Below are positions 16,090-24,477 of a stretch of 31,454 nucleotides of DNA, one piece after another; position 1 is the stretch's first letter, and the number at the start of each line of letters is the position of its first letter. Below the pieces are notes generated by a model. The model was not told the DNA's origin, did no database searches, and saw nothing but the letters and a program-made list of their open reading frames with translations. Origin of the DNA: Thermoplasmatota archaeon (GTDB lineage: Archaea; Thermoplasmatota; E2; JACPAO01; JAHFTW01); the NCBI GenBank assembly GCA_041601615.1, contig JBFIHX010000018.1, forward strand, positions 1 to 31,454, written 5' to 3'. Position numbers and translations under genes: made by a program.

Positions 16090-19000
16090 CTAAGACGCCT
16101 GGAGTGCCTCCGCGACCACGTTGTTCTTGTAGGTGCCCGTGGGCGTTCCATCGGGGACCGTGAACTCCAGTACGATGTCCACGTAGCTGTTGCCTTCCAC
16201 GAGTACGTCAAGCGTCAATTCGGTCGCCGAGAACGTGGTCTGGGCCATTCCATTGGTCGTGGACACGAGTTGTTGGGTCGCCAACGGGTCCGTCGTACCG
16301 GAAGGAATGAGCTTGGCGGAGATGCTGGATGCAGGAATCACAGCACCCGTCGTCTCGTTCACGAAGTCCGTCAACTGCAACACGATAAGGCCTGCGCCAA
16401 GGCTTCCTGTCAGCGTCACGCGCAGTGGATCCAGTGCCGTGGTCGCGGTGTCGCCCGGAGCAACTCCGCCTCCGCCCACGCCCGTAAATTGCAGACCAGG
16501 GAAACCGTTGGTGTCGTCCTCGAGGGACAATTCGAACCACGGCGAAACGCGGATGGTTGGCAAGTCCAGAATGGTGGTGGCTCCGTTGTCGTCGATGACG
16601 GTGACGCGCACCGGGTACGAGTCGACCACGGTTTCCGCGGGCAGCAAGACGGTAAGAATCCGCGCCGAAACCTCGCCGGTGCTGCGGGTGCCAAACAGGG
16701 AGTCATCCAAGCTTGCGGTTAGCCCGCTGGCGTCGATTGCAAAGCTGGCAATCTCCGTAGAATCCAGACCCGTGCTGCTGCCCCAGTTGGCATCGTCCAC
16801 GTCCAAGGCAAAGGCGACGCTGCTGCCGCCCACGCCGGGCAGTACGTAGACTACGTCCGGATGGCCCAACCAGGGGGTGCCGTCCAACTCAACGGAGTCA
16901 AGTTCGAGACTCGGCGCAGCGTTGGTCACCGAAAATGCGCCAACGTCTGTGTTGGAGCAAGAGTCCAGCCCAAGGCCGGGGTCGCAGCCCGCAAGAACGC
17001 CCGCAAGATCATTTGCGTCGGCGAGTCCCACGGGGACCACGATCGCTTCGACCGCGTAGGTGAATTCGTCATCCAAGTACGCTGGCAGGGTGAGCAAGAA
17101 TTGCACCGCGCCGATGCCATCCGCGATGGTGATGGGTCCCGCGTCCACGAAGTTATCGAATTTCGAGGATGTCAAAGCGGCGGTGGAGCTGGTGCCAGAG
17201 TCGGTTTGGCTGACGCGCACCAATACTTCGCTGAACATGCCAGGCTCCAGGTCGCTTGCGTCGCTCGTCGTAACGGTAAGATCCACCACGAGGTCGGCGC
17301 CCGGTGCCAAATCGGTCAGGGCGCCAACGTCCACCTTCGGCAATGGCAACACATCGAAGGGCAACGCCATTTCGACGCTTTCGCCGTCGTCGTCGGTGGC
17401 GTTGAGCAGTACACGGTACGCACCGGCCGCCATCGCTTCGGGTACAATGAAGGCAAACACGCCCTCCAGCGTGGCGTTGCCAGCGTCGCTTTGCAGCGTG
17501 CTCAGGTCCACGGAGAGTTCGTCCGTACCCGAAACAGGAAGCGCACCGTTGTAGGTGAGGCCGAAGGATTGCGGCACGCCAATGCCGGAAGCACCGCTAA
17601 CCACACTGACGTTCAGCGTCGCCAATTCCAGCGTCGCCACGGGTACATCGCCCCACTTGGAGCCCCAGTTGCCATCTTCGAGCGTAAGATTGACCGAAAC
17701 TTCCACAGCGCGGGCCGGCGAAATGAGCGTATGATTCAGTTCCGTATCCAGCAGCGTCGGCGCCACGTTGGGCGTCGTGAACGACAGCGTGTTGATTGTG
17801 GCAACACTCTGCTGATCCGCGTATACCGGGGGCTTGCTGCCGGGGACACCCGCGATGGTGGCTCGAAGTGCCAGCGGCACATCGTCGTCGAGCACCAAAG
17901 GCAAATCGATGGCTGCCTCCAGGGTCGCCTCGGTACCGGCTTCATTGAGGGTTCCAACAAGTGAGAAGCCATCGCAACCCGTGGCCAGTTGGACCACGTC
18001 GTCGCAAGTGTATGTGGCGACCACGTCGCCGTCGAGAAGCACATCCAGCACCAGCTCGCCGAAGTTCGCCAAGCCGTTGCCGTCGCGAATGATCGCCGTC
18101 GCCGTCAGGGTTTCGCCCAGTGCGTACTCGGTCGCGTCTAGGGCAAAGTCCAGGAGCATACTCGCCGCGTCTTCCACGGTCACTTCGCCAGTCGTCGAAT
18201 CGTCGTCGTACACAACACGCGTGTACACCGTCTTGCTGCCGTCAAGGATGTTGCCGCCGCCATTCGAGGTGGCAAAATGCAGGGCGTACCAACCCTTCAA
18301 CTCCGCACCATCCGAGCACGGCTGCATGGTCATCGGATGCACCGTGCCAAGCGCCAAGGTACTGACGGATGAGGATTGGCAGGCCAAGAGGTCGTTGGCC
18401 GAGTCGGGGCTGGGATCAAAAGGTGAATCGCCAAGGTAATCGAGCGTCACATCCACATCCACCGTACCCTCGATGCCCGAGGCCGATGCAACCAACAAAT
18501 CGAAGCTGATCTCGAAGCCGTCCGTGTCGGGCCCGACTCCGAAATCGTCCACCGTGATGATGGGGTCTCCAGGCAACAGGTCAATGGTGACCAAGACGGG
18601 AGTGGCGTTCAGGAAGGGAGGTGCTGTGGCGTTGATGGTGAGTTGGAGTTCGGTGGCGCCGCTCTCTCCCAGATCTGCTGCAGAGTACCCCGGGATTGTG
18701 GCTGTGAATTTAGTAGCGGCAGCAGTCCGAACCGTTGTGTCAGTTCGCTTGAATACTTCCGCGCCCAATTCGTCGGTAATATTGACTGTCAAAGGTGTCC
18801 CGTCCAGCACATCTGTGTCTGCCACGAAAAATTCAATCTCGAATGGTTCGCCGAAGAAAACGGATTCAGGAATCGAGGTCACTTGAAGGTCGAGCTGTGG
18901 TGCCTTCACCTCGAATTCCAGGCCTTCAAAGGTCTCTGTGTAGACTAGTTCGCCCGTCAGGTCCGTGGCTTCTACGGTGAAAGTGCGGAAGCCGATTTGG

Positions 19001-20004
19001 TTGGCATTCTCCGGCGAATAGCTGGCGTACCACTCGTATCCTTCCGGCGGTGATGGGGGAATCAATTCAGGGCCATCGGCGACGCTAAGCCTTCCATTAA
19101 GCCCTAAATCGGCAAATGTGCCTGTGTCGTCTTGGAGCGTTACCTCTGCTAGTGGTACGAGATTCTCAAAGTGGAGCTTGAAGGAGACCAATTCACCTAG
19201 CTCCATTTCCGTCTGATTTTCCAGAGACAGTTCGCTTCCCATGAACCAATTTCCGACGTTCTCAAGCACCAGCGGCGTTGCCACGTGGTCCGCGCGGTGC
19301 GTGTACTTATCGGCGCCCAAAATGTCCTTCACAATGCTGAGGAAGCCTCCTGCTGGTTGGTGGCCATCGGCCGTTGGCGAGCCGACCTTGATGTGGGCCC
19401 AGGCCACGATGGGGCCGAAGATTTCAGTCACCGAGTTGGCGGGAACGTGGATGGTTCCATCCGGGTCATAAGTGCAGGGTGATTCTGAATCGATGCTGTC
19501 GCACTGCACCAGGGGCTCGACAGAATCGAGGGCGAGTTCCAGGTTCGTAGGATCAATCTCGAGAAGACTCTCTAAGTCGTAGAGGGCAAATTGGCTCTCT
19601 ACGCTTCCCCACGGAATTGGGTCCTCCGAGTTTTCGACAATCGTCACCGAGCCGGCTTGTGGGTCAATCTCCACGGGCTCGGCGGGATTCTGCTGCGCGG
19701 AGGCCTTGAATATGTACTCCTTGCCACTTGCACCGGCTTGCGCGGGCACGCCAAGTGATGGATCCGATGGCAAGCCCGTCACCGGCGCGGGAAGGATGCC
19801 GCCTCCGGGAGATTCTACAAGGATGGCGTAGCCGTCCCCTACTGTAGCATCCTCAATCGCCGCCGACAGAGTGGGCGAATCGGCAACCACGATTGTCGCC
19901 GGCACCAACAGAACCAACGCAAGTATCGTCGCTGCAATTCTTCGTCGAATCGGAAGCAGCTGCCCCGGCCCGTTCCTCCCCAAGTTTCGCCCTACAAGTA
20001 CCAT
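16090..20004 (-). CDS. Large secreted acidic multi-Ig-like protein (1304 aa)
   Basis: Signal peptide, tandem beta-sandwich-like segments, two N.AP.L...D.NWGS modules, and C-terminal FTVPDGTPTGTYKNNV. No membrane anchor. Confidence 0.88.
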   Translation of the reverse strand: MVLVGRNLGRNGPGQLLPIRRRIAATILALVLLVPATIVVADSPTLSAAIEDATVGDGYAILVESPGGGILPAPVTGLPSDPSLGVPAQAGASGKEYIFKASAQQNPAEPVEIDPQAGSVTIVENSEDPIPWGSVESQFALYDLESLLEIDPTNLELALDSVEPLVQCDSIDSESPCTYDPDGTIHVPANSVTEIFGPIVAWAHIKVGSPTADGHQPAGGFLSIVKDILGADKYTHRADHVATPLVLENVGNWFMGSELSLENQTEMELGELVSFKLHFENLVPLAEVTLQDDTGTFADLGLNGRLSVADGPELIPPSPPEGYEWYASYSPENANQIGFRTFTVEATDLTGELVYTETFEGLEFEVKAPQLDLQVTSIPESVFFGEPFEIEFFVADTDVLDGTPLTVNITDELGAEVFKRTDTTVRTAAATKFTATIPGYSAADLGESGATELQLTINATAPPFLNATPVLVTIDLLPGDPIITVDDFGVGPDTDGFEISFDLLVASASGIEGTVDVDVTLDYLGDSPFDPSPDSANDLLACQSSSVSTLALGTVHPMTMQPCSDGAELKGWYALHFATSNGGGNILDGSKTVYTRVVYDDDSTTGEVTVEDAASMLLDFALDATEYALGETLTATAIIRDGNGLANFGELVLDVLLDGDVVATYTCDDVVQLATGCDGFSLVGTLNEAGTEATLEAAIDLPLVLDDDVPLALRATIAGVPGSKPPVYADQQSVATINTLSFTTPNVAPTLLDTELNHTLISPARAVEVSVNLTLEDGNWGSKWGDVPVATLELATLNVSVVSGASGIGVPQSFGLTYNGALPVSGTDELSVDLSTLQSDAGNATLEGVFAFIVPEAMAAGAYRVLLNATDDDGESVEMALPFDVLPLPKVDVGALTDLAPGADLVVDLTVTTSDASDLEPGMFSEVLVRVSQTDSGTSSTAALTSSKFDNFVDAGPITIADGIGAVQFLLTLPAYLDDEFTYAVEAIVVPVGLADANDLAGVLAGCDPGLGLDSCSNTDVGAFSVTNAAPSLELDSVELDGTPWLGHPDVVYVLPGVGGSSVAFALDVDDANWGSSTGLDSTEIASFAIDASGLTASLDDSLFGTRSTGEVSARILTVLLPAETVVDSYPVRVTVIDDNGATTILDLPTIRVSPWFELSLEDDTNGFPGLQFTGVGGGGVAPGDTATTALDPLRVTLTGSLGAGLIVLQLTDFVNETTGAVIPASSISAKLIPSGTTDPLATQQLVSTTNGMAQTTFSATELTLDVLVEGNSYVDIVLEFTVPDGTPTGTYKNNVVAEALQAS

Positions 20005-20162
20005 GGCTTCTCTGGGATACGTCGCATCCTAGATTAGCATTGAGTGACGCCGGATGAGAAGGGTGCGGACATGAATAGAAACGTGTCTTGTTCCAATTCG
20101 CGTAACATTTTTAGGATGAGGGGAGGAAGGGGCCGATTCGGGGCATCGGTGTTTGTTGAATT

Positions 20163-21044
20163 TTAGACATCCAATGTGCGAGCGGCGGCCGCGACTGCCT
20201 GGCCGGCATAGGGCACCTCAATTTGGAATGTGGTGGGGACATAGTCCAGTTCGTCACTGCCGGCGCTTGCCTGGCCGTCTTGGAATACTGAGGCGTTGAA
20301 CACCAATGCTGTGGATGATCCGTTCTCCATCCACCAGGCGACCTCTTCAGGGTTCAAAATGTCCACGGGGAGCCATGAATCTGCTTGGTTTGTGCGAATT
20401 TGCCGATTGAGGTGGTCCTCGGCCCAGTCGATTCCGATGCTAAACTCCACACTCATCGCAGGAATTCGTTGCTCCGGCGTGGAACCTGCGACGCCTTCGG
20501 GGATTGGGTCTGTGGTGTGTGATTGCTCATCTACTTGTTCGATGGGCAGGTTTCCCCGGACCAGGGGCCCCAGGACTGGCCCCAAGTCGATGCAGACTCG
20601 TTCTACTTCAGCTTCCGGGAGCACAACCACGCAGAGGCCTTCAGGGTCTTCTGGGTCAAGGATAAGTGCCACAGGGAGCGGCGCCGGGGGTGTGCTCACG
20701 GTTTGGCTTTGCACCTCCTCTGGGGGAAGAGGGACAGGGTCGATGTCCAGGCCTGCATAGCGCTGGGTGCGGGCCAGAGCCAACAACTCTCTGTGGCAAG
20801 CGAATTCTTGGCACGTTGTGGGCCCTGCATCTGCTACGGCGAACACGAAATGGTGGTAGTCGTCTTCGTTGCACGTTCCGGCAAATCCCTGGAGTGTGGT
20901 GAGGGCGAAGAGGACGGTCGGGTCGTTGCAGAAGACAAGTTCTGTGTTGTCGGGGATGGGGTCGCCGTCATGGGTGGCTGCCGCGCCGGGAAGAGCTACC
21001 AGAGAAGCCAGCAGGATGGCAAGTTTTTGATTTTTGTAGTTCAT
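20163..21044 (-). CDS. Secreted hypothetical protein (293 aa)
   Basis: SD AAGGAG before ATG 21044; signal peptide KLAILLASLVALPGAAA; six Cys. Confidence 0.8.
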   Translation of the reverse strand: MNYKNQKLAILLASLVALPGAAATHDGDPIPDNTELVFCNDPTVLFALTTLQGFAGTCNEDDYHHFVFAVADAGPTTCQEFACHRELLALARTQRYAGLDIDPVPLPPEEVQSQTVSTPPAPLPVALILDPEDPEGLCVVVLPEAEVERVCIDLGPVLGPLVRGNLPIEQVDEQSHTTDPIPEGVAGSTPEQRIPAMSVEFSIGIDWAEDHLNRQIRTNQADSWLPVDILNPEEVAWWMENGSSTALVFNASVFQDGQASAGSDELDYVPTTFQIEVPYAGQAVAAAARTLDV

Positions 21045-21091
21045 ATTGTGTCTCCTTTTCAAGATAGAGAGGGGTTTGTTGGGGCTATGAA

Positions 21092-23293
21092 TTAGATGAA
21101 GTCACTTAGCAACCACATGAGGTCCAATACCACATCGTCGGCGGTAGGTGGTGTCCAATTGTCCTCGTCGGGGCTTCCGTCCGTGGGGCAAGAGCCGTCC
21201 GAACGAAGAACAGGGTTGTCGCGGTTACAGAAGTGCGGCTCCATGTCGTCCGGGATGCCATCGCCGTCCCTGTCTATGACTGGGACCGGGCTGTTGGGAT
21301 CCTCGTCGTCGGAGTCGATATTGATGGGGGTTGGGTCGTCCCCTGGAGTTCGTTGGGTGGAGATGAATTCCGGGTCCATGCGATCGATTGTGATTCTGTA
21401 GGTCTCGGCCTGGAGGTAGGATGGAATTCCATCGCCATCTGCATCGGGTCCTAGCGTGGCTCCCAGGGGGACACCTTCCAAACTCCATGATGCCGGGGCG
21501 GGGATGTCTGCATTGTCATCGTCTGGGTCAAGGGTGATTGTGTCGTCTTCGAGAGTGCTGCGCGTGACCGTGACAGGGTTGGTGGCTTGTGGGTTCAAAG
21601 TCACTTGATAGGCTTGCAGGGTGATGTGAGACGGCACGCCGTCGCCGTCGTTGTCGGGGCCTGACTCAGGCACGACTGCCAATGTTATGGTCTGCGCACC
21701 CACCACGGGGTCCGAATCATTCGGATCGAGCGTGATTGTTGTTGCTGGGACCGATTCACTGGAGAGGGTCAGGGCTTCATCGTCCGCAATGGTCCAGCGT
21801 GTCATTTGAACCGTGACGTTCGCCGGGATTCCGTCCCCGTCTTGGTCCGGGCCGAATGTCGGAGTTGCTATGGATGGGGCAAGCACTGTGTATGGGAGCA
21901 GACCGGAATCGAACGTGTCTTCGACCACAAGGTCAAGCAGAATGCCTTTGGCAAGTACACTGGCGCCGAGTTTGTAGTGGATGCCGTCTCCGCCGTCTCG
22001 CGCCACGGAGCCATATGGGCCATCCGTGAGGATGGGGATGGGCCACGAGGGGTCGCTATCATCAGGGTCCAAAGCCACCGCAATGGGCTCATCTGCATTG
22101 GTGTATGTACTCCCATTGTTGTCTCCGTCAATGGTCCACTCAGTCATACCCACAAGCATGCTAGAGGGGATGCCGTCGCCGTCCTCGTCGGGGCCGAATG
22201 TGGGTGTTGATGGAGAGGGAATTGTCGCTGTTTGCTTCAGGGTGAGAATCGAGAACCGGTCCGGGTGCGAATAAGTTGCATAAGTCCCGTCCACCTGGAT
22301 GGTTACGCGAACGTGGAAGGGCTTGCTGCCAAACTGGTCTTGAATTTCTTGTTGATTTTCGGTTAGATCGACGACGCCATTGCCAGCTTCATTGATTCTT
22401 CCACTGATGAATGGTCCAATGTCCTTGGTGAAGTATACGCCATCTGTGGTTACCAAGTGCGCTCGGACGAGGGTGATTGTTTGGCCGTTTCCTGGAATCG
22501 CCACCACGCGAACCGGTTGGTCGCTGGGGCTCCAGAGGAATGCGCCGGGTTCTTGTCCAAGTGCTGCGACTCCGATGTCCACGTCGGTGCGTGCCTCGGT
22601 GCTGTCGTCCACGCCGTCGTAGTCGTCGTCTATGTCGGCGTTGTCGCCGGTTCCGTCGCGGTCGGTGTCGACTGTTTCTCCTCCGTTGAGGGGTAGTTCG
22701 TCGGCGCTGTCGCGCAAACCATCGTCATCGGTATCGCGTTTCCTTGGGTCGGTGCCTTCGGCTTTTTCACGACCGTCAAACCAGCCATCAGAATCAGAAT
22801 TTGGTCGGGCGGGGTCACTTGTCACTCGGTACGTCGCCGAGCCTTCTACGGTCACGTCCCAGCCGACGATTTCTTCGCCGTCTTCGAGTCCGTCTTTGTC
22901 GGTGTCTTTGTCGAGCGGCTTGGTGTTGTAGACGCGGACTTCGTCGCCGTCGGTGAGGCCATCACCGTCGGTGTCGGGGTTGTTGGGGTCGGTGGTGTAT
23001 CCGTAGACCTCGGCGCCGTCGGTGAGCAAGTCGCCGTCGGTGTCGGGGTTGAGGGGGCGCGTGCCGTAGACGTGGATTTCATCGCCGTCGGTGATGCCGT
23101 CGTGGTCACTGTCGGGATCGCGGGGGTCCGTGAAGTAGGTGGCTTCATCGTCGTCGGAAAGGCCATCGCCATCGGTGTCCGTGGGGGTGCTTGCTGAAAC
23201 GACGAGGAGCAAACCATTCGAACTGGACAATAGGGCAATCGTAAGAAGTGCCAGCATGACTTGAATAACAGAAGTTTGGGATTTGAGGCTCAT
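21092..23293 (-). CDS. Secreted Asp-rich Ca-binding repeat protein (partial paralog of 23532-26900)
   Basis: Hydrophobic N-terminus, DTDGDGL repeats and four GPDxDGDG[IV]P modules. Start at 23293 inferred from a GTGAT SD. Confidence 0.85.
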   Translation of the reverse strand: MSLKSQTSVIQVMLALLTIALLSSSNGLLLVVSASTPTDTDGDGLSDDDEATYFTDPRDPDSDHDGITDGDEIHVYGTRPLNPDTDGDLLTDGAEVYGYTTDPNNPDTDGDGLTDGDEVRVYNTKPLDKDTDKDGLEDGEEIVGWDVTVEGSATYRVTSDPARPNSDSDGWFDGREKAEGTDPRKRDTDDDGLRDSADELPLNGGETVDTDRDGTGDNADIDDDYDGVDDSTEARTDVDIGVAALGQEPGAFLWSPSDQPVRVVAIPGNGQTITLVRAHLVTTDGVYFTKDIGPFISGRINEAGNGVVDLTENQQEIQDQFGSKPFHVRVTIQVDGTYATYSHPDRFSILTLKQTATIPSPSTPTFGPDEDGDGIPSSMLVGMTEWTIDGDNNGSTYTNADEPIAVALDPDDSDPSWPIPILTDGPYGSVARDGGDGIHYKLGASVLAKGILLDLVVEDTFDSGLLPYTVLAPSIATPTFGPDQDGDGIPANVTVQMTRWTIADDEALTLSSESVPATTITLDPNDSDPVVGAQTITLAVVPESGPDNDGDGVPSHITLQAYQVTLNPQATNPVTVTRSTLEDDTITLDPDDDNADIPAPASWSLEGVPLGATLGPDADGDGIPSYLQAETYRITIDRMDPEFISTQRTPGDDPTPINIDSDDEDPNSPVPVIDRDGDGIPDDMEPHFCNRDNPVLRSDGSCPTDGSPDEDNWTPPTADDVVLDLMWLLSDFI

Positions 23294-24477
23294 GTGAATC
23301 ACTGCGATCTTGGCCCTAATGCAGCCAAAGCACATGGCCCCAATTGTATTCATTGTTTAACCTTTGGCTTTACCAAGGGGAATTATGGTCGGCCGGAGTC
23401 CGAGACAAAAGCTTGCGCTGGGGCCTCAAATTCTCATGGGCGGCCAAAAATAGAAAAAAAATCAATCATTGCACTGAATTATTTCCAAATATCATAATAT
23501 TTGGAAGAGTTAGGTGATAATAAGTACTACGTTACGCAGCCAGAATAACAAAATTATTGGGGTGGCTAAATGTTTCATAGGATCCATCCACACGGACGGT
23601 TACGCGAACTTGGAAGGGCTTGCTGCCAAACTGGTCTTGAATTTCCTGTTGATTTTCGGTTAGATCGACGACGCCATTGCCTGCTTCATTGATTCGTCCA
23701 CTGATGAATGGTCCAATGTCCTTGGTGAAATATACGCCATCTGAGGTCACCAGATGGGCTCGGACGCTAGTGAGTGTTTGGCCATTTCCTGGAATTGCCA
23801 CCACGCGAACCGGTTGGTCACTGGGGCTCCAGAGGAATGCGCCGGGTTCTTGCCCAAGTGCTGCGACTCCAATGTCTACGTCGCTGCGTGCCTCGGTGCT
23901 GTCGTCCACGCCGTCATAGTCGTCGTCGGTGTCGGCGTTGTCGCCAGTTCCGTCGCGGTCGGTGTCCACTTGTTCACTTGGGTCGAGGTATAGTTCGTCG
24001 AATGGATCCCAGAGCCCGTCGCCGTCGGTGTCGCGCGATTGTGGGTCGGTGCCTGCGCTCTTTTCCTTGGCATCGGTCCAACCGTCGTTGTCTGAGTCCG
24101 TGAATCGCGGTTTGCTGGTCACTCGGTACGTCGCCGAGCCTACCACCGTCACGTCCCAGCCGAGGACTTCTTCGCCGTCTTCGAGGCCGTCTTTGTCGGT
24201 GTCTTTGTCGAGCGGCTTGGTGTTGTAGAAGCGGACTTCGTCGCCGTCGGTGAGGCCGTCGCCGTCGGTGTCGGGGTTGTTGGGGTCGGTGGTGTACCCG
24301 TAGACCTCGGCGCCATCGGTGAGCAAGTCGCCGTCGGTGTCGGGATTGAGGGGGCGCGTGCCGTAGACGTGGATCTCGTCGCCATCGGTGATGCCGTCGT
24401 GGTCACTGTCGGGATCGCGGGGGTCCGTGAAGAGGGCGGCTTCGTCTTGGTTGCTCAGGCCGTCGCCGTCGGTGTCG
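22263..24477. repeat. ~0.92-kb direct duplication (22263-23180 vs 23560-24477, offset 1297)
   Basis: Long near-identical blocks at DNA and protein level (FTDPRDPDSDHDGITDGDEIHVYG...NQQEIQDQFGSKPF). Confidence 0.95.

Noticed and set aside
22263-24477. DGR template/variable repeat pair
   Set aside because: Differences are not adenine-specific, both copies are coding, the repeat is too long, and there is no reverse transcriptase.
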